A DNA stretch of 64,000 bases, from the IMG/VR virus record IMGVR_UViG_3300029288_000123, positions 27,136 through 91,135 of that record; one strand, given 5' to 3'. Positions 30,919 through 42,030 of this stretch are shown here, one piece after another. The notes under the pieces were generated by a model. The model saw only the letters and a list, made by a program, of their open reading frames with translations. It did no database searches and was not told where the DNA came from. Within the stretch, counting starts at the first letter, position 1. Every line of letters begins with the position of its first letter. This stretch comes from a virus (lineage: Duplodnaviria > Caudoviricetes). A program made the translations under genes and the position numbers.

Positions 30919-32818
30919 TATGCGTCTTTCTTAATGTATTTAGCTACCAAATCAGTAATTTTCCCTGCTATAACATGATAAATTAACCTAACTCTATCAG
31001 GAACATCTACACCTAATTTGTCAAATAGTTTATCAAGTTCTTCACCGGCTTCTGTCTTATTAATTTCTCCATTAACAATTAAAGTAGCCAGTTTTATTTG
31101 AGCTTCTACTATTTTATCAAAAATTTTATAGAATGTTTCTGCTTTGTCTTTTAAAATTAATTCTAGAAAACCTTTAACAAACTTATTTTCAAGAAATTCT
31201 GAAATCTTTTCCGCTACTTCTGTTGCATTAGAAATATTTCCCGCATTTAAACCTAAAAATCCTCTAACAAGCCCATCCCAATTAATATTACTTAATTTGC
31301 TGGGATTCTCTCTCCAATTTTTCAATACATTAGAAAACCAACCCATAATATCCTCCTTCTTACCATTTCTTTTTTAAAAACCAAGTTTTTTTCTTTAATT
31401 CTGTCGGTTTAAGCGTACTCGCTTCTTCACTATGTTTATTATGCAAGTCTTCGGCTTCTTTATCCCAAGACTGTTTTCTTTCTCCCTCACCTATAAATTT
31501 ATTCCATATTTTCTTTAAAAAACTCATTATTCTAATCTACGTCCTGTTTTCCTAGTTCTTCGACCGTGTTTTAATTGTTTAGTTCTATTTTGAGAAGAAA
31601 CAACTTTTTTCTTTTCCTGTTTTATTTGCTTATTAGACCAATCATATACCAACCCAGCCAAAAATTTAAGAGGTCTTTTAAATTTATGTAATATATTTAA
31701 AATTTGTTTAAAAACATTTACTTTTTCTTTTCTTACTTTTTTTATTTTTTTCATATTCTTCTCTCCTTACTGATTTATTCAAAGCAACATATTTACCTAT
31801 AAATTTAACAAAAGGTAATGCTTTATTATCTTTTCTTAAAACAGGAGTAATTTTTATAAATAAACTTGCTAAACTAATAATTACGGAAATACCCACCCCT
31901 ATAATTAATCCTAAAGATTTAATAGCTTCTATAAAAATATCTCTGTTTTCTATAATATAATTACAAATTTCTAATAATTTATCCATAATCATTCCTTGAA
32001 AGATAGTTCTTCCAATAAATCTAAAGAACCTTCTTTATTAAAAACTATGTTTTGCCCAACTACTCTCCGAATAAGCAAATCTATTTGTTTACCTTGCTGT
32101 TCATTGGATTCTACGAGTCTTCCAAACATATACATAAATCCAAAAACCTCTAATATAATACTAAAAACAATTCCTACAATAGCAAGTCGCCATTTTGACC
32201 CTTGTTTAATATGAGAAGAAATATCAATTATAACTTCCCCTATTTTTTCTTTTAATGAATCTATTTTTAAATTTGATAATTCCGAGTTTTTTGTTATTGT
32301 TTCGTCTGTTATAAGTATTTGTTTACAAACCTCTTTGATTTCATGTTCATATCTGCAAGGTATAGGACAAAAATTAGGGGTTTGTTTTTCAGATGAGTCT
32401 ATCATGATTCCATCTCCCAAAGTGTGATGAAATATTGCGTGTATGTTGTATATGTTCCGTCAGTTGCTTTAATAGTAATAATATAATCTCCCTCTATCCA
32501 ATCTTCGTCCGATTGAAAAATATATTTATAAGCAGTACTACTTAACTTGGTCATAGCAACGTCGTCTATTCTGGTTGTATCATAATTATCTTCAATGGTA
32601 ATTGTAACGGTAGGGTTTTCTATATTAAATGTAGCAATAATTTCTATAGCACTACCTAATAGAAAATCGTCTATTTTTGAAATAGGAATTCGAGACATTT
32701 GTAACTCCTATATTTAAGATTTAGTATAAACTTCTATATTTATATAATCACGAACGCTAACAGTTAAAGGGTCAATATAATTTCTGATTGTTACTGTAAT
32801 AATTTCGGGTTTTGACAT
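30918..32818 (-). other. cluster of small genes (30918-31346, 31375-31527, 31527-31754, 31708-31992, 31989-32420, 32402-32698, 32714-32818); two single-TM proteins are holin-like and 32402 is Ig-like
   Basis: Packed ORFs; TM segments in 31708 and 31989. Confidence 0.5.
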
Positions 32819-32820
32819 TT

Positions 32821-33402
32821 TTAACTCCTACTTACTGTTTCCCAGATTCCGCCCGACCAATCGTTATACGATAATGTTTTTCTTGCAAAATCTTCAAAAT
32901 TTAAAGCGTCTCTATTCGAAACTGAAAAATCCGGTAAACGTAAATTGGAAACATCTGGACGTAATTTATATGCCGAAATAATAGCAATTAAGTTTTGTTC
33001 TTTTACTGTGGGTTCAGGTTGAATATTATTACCGGAATCTACAATAAAATCTAAATAATTGTTAATAGATAAATACATTAAAACCGTTCTAATAGCAGAA
33101 GCAACTTCAGTAGAACTAAAATTTTTATAACATGTATATTCAATTTTAACAGAATCTCCCGCACTCAAAGAATAATTGGATGTTAACGTATCATCAATAG
33201 TTACTTTACTCGAACTATAAGACCAATCAGAAACAGGTAACACAGTATCATTTATATAAACCGCAGTTGCGGTTACTGGATAACTTTCTTCTAGAGTAAA
33301 AATTCGAGAAGTAGAATAAGTGAAAATATCTGACACTGATTCTATAGTGTCATTTAAAACATATCTTACTTTTGATTCTACATTTGTTAAGGAAACGCTC
33401 AT
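32821..33402 (-). CDS. head-tail adaptor protein
   Basis: Immediately downstream of the MCP; N-terminal L..VR..LND helix. Confidence 0.55.
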   Translation of the reverse strand: MSVSLTNVESKVRYVLNDTIESVSDIFTYSTSRIFTLEESYPVTATAVYINDTVLPVSDWSYSSSKVTIDDTLTSNYSLSAGDSVKIEYTCYKNFSSTEVASAIRTVLMYLSINNYLDFIVDSGNNIQPEPTVKEQNLIAIISAYKLRPDVSNLRLPDFSVSNRDALNFEDFARKTLSYNDWSGGIWETVSRS

Positions 33403-33440
33403 ACGTTTCTCCTATTAAGTTATAATTCTTTGAGGTTTAT

Positions 33441-33468
33441 AGGAGAGGAGATTTAATTCTCCTCTCCT
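33441..33468 (-). terminator. strong hairpin 3' of the MCP (terminator/stabiliser)
   Basis: Perfect 11-bp stem AGGAGAGGAGA/TCTCCTCTCCT, no U-tract. Confidence 0.5.
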
Positions 33469-33499
33469 GTGATATTTCATTTTAACTATGTTCTATAAC

Positions 33500-34432
33500 T
33501 TATGCTCTTGTGAACTCAGATATTGCGTATTGATTAACTACAGCACCAACAAACTCTTCCCATCCGCCTATACCAATAGCCCAATAACGTTTAGTTCCGT
33601 TAGCAAGCTGTACAGGATTCGGGGAAATCATAACCATTCTCTGACGTTCTGTATCCATAGTATCCATCATTATCCCTTCAAGACCTTCTATGTTACCTAT
33701 TTTCTTCCTAACAAACAGAAGAGGTTTTTCCATAGAAGTATCTGTTGCTACAAGATAACCTACACTAGAACTAATAACATCAGTAGAAGCACCATCAAGA
33801 GTCATAGTCATCGTTGACGGAATCCTAATCTCCTTAATATTCAAAGCTTTATACGCTTCAAGAACACTTTGATTCTTGTTTATATCATAATTCCACAGCG
33901 ATTTATCTTTAAATATTGTAGCTCCAGCAACAAGATACAAGTCTCCACCATAATCTGTTACATCTTCAACCATATCTATAAGATTCTCAAACCTGAACTT
34001 TGTCTGATTAGAAGTAAGACCGTGTTCATTACCACTAGAAGTTGTTGCAGCAGCCAACAGAGTAACTATCGCCTGAGCCTCTACTGTATCAAGTGCCCTA
34101 GTAATAGTTCTTTTCTTCCTCATCAGAGTCTTTTCTTTAGCAGAAGCTAAATCTTTCAGAAGCATATAGTATTCAGGTGTTGAAAAATCAGCAAAAGTAA
34201 GAGCAACAGGTGTGTCGGGCGTAACTTTACTCTGCGTCACTTCACCGCTAGATGTTATCGTATGAATAACTTCTGTTTCCAAAAGTGCATCATAGTAATA
34301 AGCATATTCGTTCGGTTCTGCGGTATCTAAATTACAAAGAACCTTCACAATCTCCGGATGCGGTTTACGAGGGTCAAGTGGTTGCCCTATAATCTTTGAA
34401 TATTCCAACATTTTATCTTCTCTAATCATCAT
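33500..34432 (-). CDS. major capsid protein
   Basis: 310 aa after the protease/scaffold; C-terminal GWEEFVGAVVN..AI typical of HK97-fold capsids; followed by a hairpin. Confidence 0.75.
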   Translation of the reverse strand: MMIREDKMLEYSKIIGQPLDPRKPHPEIVKVLCNLDTAEPNEYAYYYDALLETEVIHTITSSGEVTQSKVTPDTPVALTFADFSTPEYYMLLKDLASAKEKTLMRKKRTITRALDTVEAQAIVTLLAAATTSSGNEHGLTSNQTKFRFENLIDMVEDVTDYGGDLYLVAGATIFKDKSLWNYDINKNQSVLEAYKALNIKEIRIPSTMTMTLDGASTDVISSSVGYLVATDTSMEKPLLFVRKKIGNIEGLEGIMMDTMDTERQRMVMISPNPVQLANGTKRYWAIGIGGWEEFVGAVVNQYAISEFTRA

Positions 34433-34472
34433 AATAATTTCCTCCTATCATTGTATTAAATTTAAAATTAAA

Positions 34473-36275
34473 TTATTTCTCTTCAGAACCTTCATAACCG
34501 TAAGCTTCGGCTTCAACTTTATCGTGAGCTTTCTGAATTTCATCTTTTGATTTAGGTTGTCTTGACCCAGCTATCATAGCGTTTTCGGGGTTTTTCTTCA
34601 GTTCTGCATTTTCTTTTTTAAGTTTTGCGTTTTCAAATTTCACATTATCTAACAAATCTTCATCTTTTACAGAATTGGCTTTAATATACTCTTCACCAAG
34701 TTCTTCTTTTCTCGCTTTGATTGTAGACTGTTTAATTTCTTCATCTCTACGAGCTATCTCGGCTTTAATATTATCTCTTTCTGTTTCAACTGCTTTTTTC
34801 GCTTCTTCAGTTTCAGTAACCTTTGCTTTTAAAGCATTAAGCTCTTCATCTTTAGAAGCTATAATGTCGTCTTTTGCTTTCAAATTTTCCTCCAGCAATT
34901 CAATTTTCTCTTGAGCTTTCTTCAACTCTTCCATATTTATTCCTCCCTTATTTTTGTTATATTTATCTACAATATCATTCATATTTAATAATTTCGCTTT
35001 TTTGAGAATTTTATTTTTAACAATCTCTGCTTCTGATTCATTTAAATCTTTTGTTTTAAACAATTCTTCAAAAGAAGCTTTAACATTTTCTTTACTGTCT
35101 ATTGGAAATCTACGAACTTTTTGTTTAACTTTCGTTTTTTTACTAATAATATGTTGAATCAAAGCAAAATCCGAATCGTCTAATTCAGAGCTTTTAGAAG
35201 GTCTATCTTCCCTTCTCATCTCTCCGCCACATTTAGGGCATTTAATATCTTTACAGTGTTCTTCTGAACTTGTCGTATATCCGCATTTTAAACATTCACA
35301 ATCATAACTTGATTTTTCTAAATTCTGAAGCTTGTTTATCAATTCTGATTCGGTTTCTTCAAGAATTAACATTTGACCTTCAGAAGGTATATCACTGGCT
35401 CTTTCAACAACCGTTACTTTTTTAATTTTGCCCTGTTTAGTAACCTTTGTTTTCGGCATTAAATCCGCTTTTACTTTGCTTCCACACCAACTACAAACTA
35501 AATCTACCATTAAATTTTCAAAATCTAAATTAACCATATCAAACCAATACTTTTGAGCACAAACAGGACATTCTATCTCATCTATTAATCGTCTGACCCA
35601 AGGCATATCTTCTACAAACAATTTAGAAGTTTCTGTTTCTAAATCACATTTTATCATATCACTTTCATCATAAGCATAAACCATACTGTTATTATTTGTA
35701 GCAACTTCTTTAGCCAATTCCAAAACCTTAGCTTCATCAAAAGCAGGGGGTTCTTTAAAAAGTATAGCCCCACCAGCAATCTCTATTTCATCTAATGTAA
35801 AATCACCATTATCTTTATAAGTTCTCTTTTCTTTAGGACACCAAATCTCGAAACTCGAATTTAATTTTCCTGATTGAAAAAGTTTTTTGGCTTCGTCCCA
35901 TTTATCAGGAAAACAAGATTTGTATATACACCCGTAAGAATGAATTTCATTATCTATAATTTCGGCATCCAAATAATGACCTAATACACTTGTTCTATTA
36001 TGTTCAGCGTTAACGGGTTTTTGCCTAATGCTTGTTAACCCTGCTTCCACTTTATCTTTAGGTAATATACATTTATTTTTATTTGCTTTGTCTACAATTG
36101 CATAAATATTATGAAAAAACCCCAAATCTCTATTACCCGCTTTTAAATTAGCCTTGTCTATAATTTCTTGTAATTTAGTATTCTGAGAAGCGTCTTCAAT
36201 AAATTCAAATTTACCGTTTACTTTCATTCCTTCAAGAAAATCATAAACTTGTTTACTCTCAATTTTTTCGCTCAT
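34473..36275 (-). CDS. prohead protease fused to zinc ribbons and a coiled-coil scaffold
   Basis: PVNAEH...LGH, SSFE, GGAIL..PPAF protease motifs; CPVC/CSWC and CLKC/CPKC; charged coiled-coil C-terminus. Confidence 0.75.
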   Translation of the reverse strand: MSEKIESKQVYDFLEGMKVNGKFEFIEDASQNTKLQEIIDKANLKAGNRDLGFFHNIYAIVDKANKNKCILPKDKVEAGLTSIRQKPVNAEHNRTSVLGHYLDAEIIDNEIHSYGCIYKSCFPDKWDEAKKLFQSGKLNSSFEIWCPKEKRTYKDNGDFTLDEIEIAGGAILFKEPPAFDEAKVLELAKEVATNNNSMVYAYDESDMIKCDLETETSKLFVEDMPWVRRLIDEIECPVCAQKYWFDMVNLDFENLMVDLVCSWCGSKVKADLMPKTKVTKQGKIKKVTVVERASDIPSEGQMLILEETESELINKLQNLEKSSYDCECLKCGYTTSSEEHCKDIKCPKCGGEMRREDRPSKSSELDDSDFALIQHIISKKTKVKQKVRRFPIDSKENVKASFEELFKTKDLNESEAEIVKNKILKKAKLLNMNDIVDKYNKNKGGINMEELKKAQEKIELLEENLKAKDDIIASKDEELNALKAKVTETEEAKKAVETERDNIKAEIARRDEEIKQSTIKARKEELGEEYIKANSVKDEDLLDNVKFENAKLKKENAELKKNPENAMIAGSRQPKSKDEIQKAHDKVEAEAYGYEGSEEK

Positions 36276-36299
36276 TTCTAACCCCTAATTAACATTTAA

Positions 36300-36899
36300 T
36301 TAGTTAATCTCTATATTTAAAATAGAAAGAATTAATTTTCGAATATCTTTAGCACCTATCATATCCGCTTTTAAATTTGTTCCTATCAGTTTGTGTGCTT
36401 CAACTCTGTGAATATCCGTTGTTAAAACTTTTTTAACTCCTTCAATTATATTTTTTCGTTCTACATAAATAGACTTTAACCCAGCAACTTCTGTTACTAA
36501 TTTTTGATTATGTTGAACTGAACCTATCATTCCTACATAATCAACCAAATTATTAGATTTAATTCCTAATAATTTAAAAAACTCTATTATTTCCGCACTA
36601 ACCATTCCTTCTAAAGAAACATTTTGAAAAATACTTTTCTTTATTATACCTTCTAAATCTATTTTAGAAATATCTATAAAAGTTTTAATACCAACAATAT
36701 TTGCATTATAATAAGTATTTAGTTGTTTTATCCCGTACAACGGAAATTTAAACTCTACAAAGATTCGTCTAATATCCGGCGGATAATCAAATCCTCCACC
36801 ATCGGGAACAGTCTGTTTAGAATAAATAATAAAATTTCCATCATTATCTACAATTTTTTGACCTTCGTTTGTATAAATGTAAGTATAAATTTCAGTCAT
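36300..36899 (-). CDS. hypothetical structural protein
   Basis: ORF in the head module with spaced (I/L)xG(I/V)K repeats. Confidence 0.55.
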   Translation of the reverse strand: MTEIYTYIYTNEGQKIVDNDGNFIIYSKQTVPDGGGFDYPPDIRRIFVEFKFPLYGIKQLNTYYNANIVGIKTFIDISKIDLEGIIKKSIFQNVSLEGMVSAEIIEFFKLLGIKSNNLVDYVGMIGSVQHNQKLVTEVAGLKSIYVERKNIIEGVKKVLTTDIHRVEAHKLIGTNLKADMIGAKDIRKLILSILNIEIN

Positions 36900-38923
36900 T
36901 ATAATTCTTTAATATTGTTAGTGTTTACTTCTTTTTGTTCAGCCAAATCAAGTAACCATTTAGGCATTTTATTTATATGCAAGTTATCAAGTTTGTTCTC
37001 TATGATTTGAGTAGATTCTTCTTCAGTATAATTTCTGTAATAAAATCCTTTCATATCTCTTATATAGCCGGATTTTAGTTTATTATCAGCGTCTGTTGCG
37101 TCATCTTCTGAAACTTCTACCAATTTATTTATCTGTTTTTTAATAAGAGATTCTTTGTTTGCTTTTACCTTGTCAATCATATCTTGTTGGTCTTTATTCC
37201 AATCTCTTTTATCTATTTTATTCAAATAAATAAACTGTTTTCCTGTTAACTCTTCCAGTGCTCTTATTGCTCCAAACATATCAACGTTTATTTCTAAACC
37301 AAGATAATCGTTCCTTGAGTAATAACTCCAAGGAAATTCATAAGAACTATCGGGAGTAAACAAACTAAAATTATGAGGAGATAAAGTAGTAACGTTTCCA
37401 AGTTCATCTCTTACTTTTAATTCTGATGTAAGTAGTCCTTGCTCTATTGTGTAAAATATAAAATCTGCACCAGCAGAACCAGACCACGCATCTGCACTGC
37501 TTTTTAATAATGCGTTGCCACCAGCATATCCCCCAGAACTATTATATTTTACGTTATGTTTATTAGAACCATTATAAGTTCCAGAAATATATTCCATTGT
37601 AATAGCATACACAGTCCCATTAGATAAAGCATAAGGTGTTGTAAATGTAAAAGTATGTAATTCATCAGAAGTTGACCAAGCAGATGTATCTATACTATCT
37701 GTTTCAGCTAACGCACCGTCCGTCGGCAATCCGGCACTCGTTGCATATAAATAACCCTTGACTATTACTGTGGGCGAACCCGCCCGTTTAGACATAAATT
37801 GAAAACCTGATATAGTATAGTCTTCAGAAGGGGTAATGGTTTGCCCCATACCATGCTCATAAGTGGCTTGATTGCTAAACACTTCCAAATAGCTTGAACC
37901 GCCGGTTTGCGAGTCAGGATTACCGCCACCAGAAGAAACATCTTCCGCATATAATTGACAACTATCTGCTGGGCTTGTTGAGGGAATTGTCCCGTTCTTA
38001 ATACAAAGAACTTTGTCGGCATCTGTGCCAAAAGTATTTGTTCCTACACCAACATTTGCTCCAGCAATTATGTCTTCATTTGCCTCTATACTATCAAGAA
38101 CTCCCAAATTACCGTCATAGGTTAAATTTATAATCCCAGCGTCCCAAGCAATAGAAGGTATTCTACATCTAATTTCAAAATCTGTTCCTGCACTATATGT
38201 ATTAGCAGGGTTAAACCACCACTGTATAGGATAATCTGTTCCACCAGTATAAGCATTACCTTTAAACACCATTGAAGGCGATAACTGTACTTCTCCTGTA
38301 TCTGTGTTTTGTAATATCAATGCTTCTGTTAAAGTTGTTCCTATATCATCTTTAGTTATTAATAAACTATCTGTAGCATTTGTCCAATCTATATGTTCAT
38401 CTGCTACATATCCGTTTAAATTATCATGATTAGGAACTTTATCCGCACTAAGAGCAGTAGCGTTCCAAGTTCCAGTCGCTATTGTTCCTAATGTAGTTAT
38501 ATTTTCTGAACCTATCCAAGTTGATAAAGCAGTATTTTCGACATTATCTAAAGATAAATCTTGTTTGACTTCAGCATAACTTCTTCCAACTAAACCAGAA
38601 GAACTATATTTTGCATAATCATTAACATCAACCGTTCCAGTCCAATTAATTTTTATATTCCAATTACTTCCATCAAAATAATAATATAAATTCTCGTCTT
38701 CTACCCATAATATCCAACCTTCAGAAGGAGTGATAAAAACCCAAGCAGAACCAGTATAATAAGTAATATCATTTACTAAACCGCCAGACCAATCTCCACC
38801 TGTTCCAGCAACTATATATCTATCGCCTTTAGAAGGTGTGTCAGGAGAAGTTTCTAAATCTTTATCTTTTATCGGAGGTTGCCACGCTATTTGATGTCTA
38901 TGTTCTACTAAATAATCAGTCAT
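36899..38923 (-). CDS. DUF2793-like head fibre/spike protein
   Basis: N-terminal WQ.P..DKDL..GDRYIV..WVFITP.EGW..WV.DEN..Y.FDG..W domain followed by a fibre-like body. Confidence 0.65.
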   Translation of the reverse strand: MTDYLVEHRHQIAWQPPIKDKDLETSPDTPSKGDRYIVAGTGGDWSGGLVNDITYYTGSAWVFITPSEGWILWVEDENLYYYFDGSNWNIKINWTGTVDVNDYAKYSSSGLVGRSYAEVKQDLSLDNVENTALSTWIGSENITTLGTIATGTWNATALSADKVPNHDNLNGYVADEHIDWTNATDSLLITKDDIGTTLTEALILQNTDTGEVQLSPSMVFKGNAYTGGTDYPIQWWFNPANTYSAGTDFEIRCRIPSIAWDAGIINLTYDGNLGVLDSIEANEDIIAGANVGVGTNTFGTDADKVLCIKNGTIPSTSPADSCQLYAEDVSSGGGNPDSQTGGSSYLEVFSNQATYEHGMGQTITPSEDYTISGFQFMSKRAGSPTVIVKGYLYATSAGLPTDGALAETDSIDTSAWSTSDELHTFTFTTPYALSNGTVYAITMEYISGTYNGSNKHNVKYNSSGGYAGGNALLKSSADAWSGSAGADFIFYTIEQGLLTSELKVRDELGNVTTLSPHNFSLFTPDSSYEFPWSYYSRNDYLGLEINVDMFGAIRALEELTGKQFIYLNKIDKRDWNKDQQDMIDKVKANKESLIKKQINKLVEVSEDDATDADNKLKSGYIRDMKGFYYRNYTEEESTQIIENKLDNLHINKMPKWLLDLAEQKEVNTNNIKEL

Positions 38924-39491
38924 TTCTTTCTCCTACACAAAATATTGCGTTCCCCCCCGCAAACCTCATTATACACATTTTAAGAATTTTAAAATTTATT
39001 TTATTAAACAGTCTTTTAATATCTTCCTCATTAAAATGTCTGTAATGAAATTTATTATTATTAATTACACTCGTATGAGGAGTAGTTAATATTATTCTTT
39101 TTTTGACTATTTTGTCCATCGTTTCAAATAAATACTCTGTATTTTCAATATGTTCTATAAATTCACAAGCAACAATAACATCAAAATATTTTTTATCAAA
39201 TATAACGGATATATCATTTAAATCATTATATAAAAAAGAAACATTGTTTTTTCTATAAAATTTATTTGCAAAATTAATAATTTTATCATAATTATCTATA
39301 CCTATAACAATATTGGCTTTATGTCCTAAAATCATAGAGCCATATCCACAACCACAACCTATATCAACAACCTTATCTTCTTTAGAAATATAATCTAATG
39401 CTTCCACATAACGCCATAATTGGTCTTTTGTACAATGCCATATTGTTTCTCCGGCGGTTCTTTCTCCGCCGTTTTTTAGTTCCTCATACAT
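38916..39491 (-). CDS. class I SAM methyltransferase
   Basis: VDIGCGCGYG, IGID, EFIEHI, TTP. Confidence 0.88.
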   Translation of the reverse strand: MYEELKNGGERTAGETIWHCTKDQLWRYVEALDYISKEDKVVDIGCGCGYGSMILGHKANIVIGIDNYDKIINFANKFYRKNNVSFLYNDLNDISVIFDKKYFDVIVACEFIEHIENTEYLFETMDKIVKKRIILTTPHTSVINNNKFHYRHFNEEDIKRLFNKINFKILKMCIMRFAGGNAIFCVGERND

Positions 39492-40485
39492 TTAACAACT
39501 CCTTCACTCTTCTCTTACAAGAATCCAAATCATAAAAACAATATTTTTCTAAATACCAATAAAGAAATTTATCCGATTTACCTCTATCAAACCAATCTAA
39601 TTTTATTGCCTTATATAAATCACATAAGTGCCTTAAATCATAAGTTACCCAATGATATTCTGGAAATCCCCAAGATATAATTGGTTTATGGTGCATCATT
39701 GCTTCAAATCCTGCACCTGAATTACCCATCACAACATACTTAGCGTTCTTAATAAAATTGTGTATATTACTTTTCCCGCTATATATCTTTATTCTAGTTT
39801 TACTTATTTTTTGAATATCATTAATAATTTTATTAGAAAAAATATCATCTTTAGCAAACTCTCCATCAGTATACGGATGTAATTTAACAATTATTGTATC
39901 GTTCGTTATTCTAACTAATTCGGCAATTACCTGAAGTAATTTTGCAAAATAAGACCCAAAATCGTGTCTGGTAACTACTTCATCTCCACCACACTGACCA
40001 AGAACCAAACAATAATCCTTATCTAATATTTCTTCAACCTGATTCTCAAAATAGTTGCCCCATTTTGTATCTCTGTCTTCTATCCATTTTTTTACTTTTA
40101 TATCAAAAAAATTATTAACTTCAGTAACGTTATATTTTTCAAAATCTGGTTTTGAATATGTAACAGTAGAATATGGTCCATAACCTAACTCATCTAATGT
40201 AGTATGATATTTTGTTGGAACTGTAGGTTTAAAAAACCAAACTTTATCAGAAGTTACTACATTACCAAATAAATGAGAAATATCACAATGATTATAAATC
40301 ACTAAATCACAAGGATTATCAACTGTATAATCATAATCTCTACTATTATTTAAATTACAAATCAAACTATTATGTTTTACCACTTCAACGTTATATTCGT
40401 TTAATGCCAAAGCAACCCAATCTAATTGTTTAGCCCAACTGTCTTTCATATTTGGAAACTTATAGCCCCAAAATACAGCTTTCAT
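39484..40485 (-). CDS. KpsS/KpsC-like (capsule synthesis) glycosyltransferase
   Basis: LGQ...D, IVKLHP and NSGAGFEAMMHHKPII..G motifs. Confidence 0.7.
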   Translation of the reverse strand: MKAVFWGYKFPNMKDSWAKQLDWVALALNEYNVEVVKHNSLICNLNNSRDYDYTVDNPCDLVIYNHCDISHLFGNVVTSDKVWFFKPTVPTKYHTTLDELGYGPYSTVTYSKPDFEKYNVTEVNNFFDIKVKKWIEDRDTKWGNYFENQVEEILDKDYCLVLGQCGGDEVVTRHDFGSYFAKLLQVIAELVRITNDTIIVKLHPYTDGEFAKDDIFSNKIINDIQKISKTRIKIYSGKSNIHNFIKNAKYVVMGNSGAGFEAMMHHKPIISWGFPEYHWVTYDLRHLCDLYKAIKLDWFDRGKSDKFLYWYLEKYCFYDLDSCKRRVKELLNV

Positions 40486-40539
40486 ATACTCTCCTTACAA
40501 TATTACATATCTTACATTTATCGTTTACAGAAAGTTATA

Positions 40540-41729
<1,190 letters not shown>

Positions 41730-41733
41730 TTAA

Positions 41734-42030
41734 TTAACCGTAAAGTTCTTTGGCTTTTATTTCAACTTCTGCTTTTAAACCTTTTTTTACAGTCATAGAA
41801 GGACTCCAACGAATCTTTAATTCTCCTTTAGATTCTGGGCTCATCTTCTTAGGAACAACCAAAATACTAACTTCAGGATTATTAATCATAACTTCTATAT
41901 CAATAACTTCCGCAATTTCGGGGTTGTATAAATAAAAAACATAATCCTGTATTTTCCCTGCTTCAACAATTCCTAAATCTATCTTTTCGCCTTTAGGTAT
42001 TTCTTCACCCTTACTATTCAGAAGTTTCAT
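41734..42030 (-). CDS. small Ig-like protein
   Basis: DLG.V..G...F.LYNP...W.P beta-sandwich pattern. Confidence 0.45.
   Translation of the reverse strand: MKLLNSKGEEIPKGEKIDLGIVEAGKIQDYVFYLYNPEIAEVIDIEVMINNPEVSILVVPKKMSPESKGELKIRWSPSMTVKKGLKAEVEIKAKELYG

Noticed and set aside
30918-32420. Complete lysis cassette
   Set aside because: TM proteins are only holin-like and no endolysin motif was recognised
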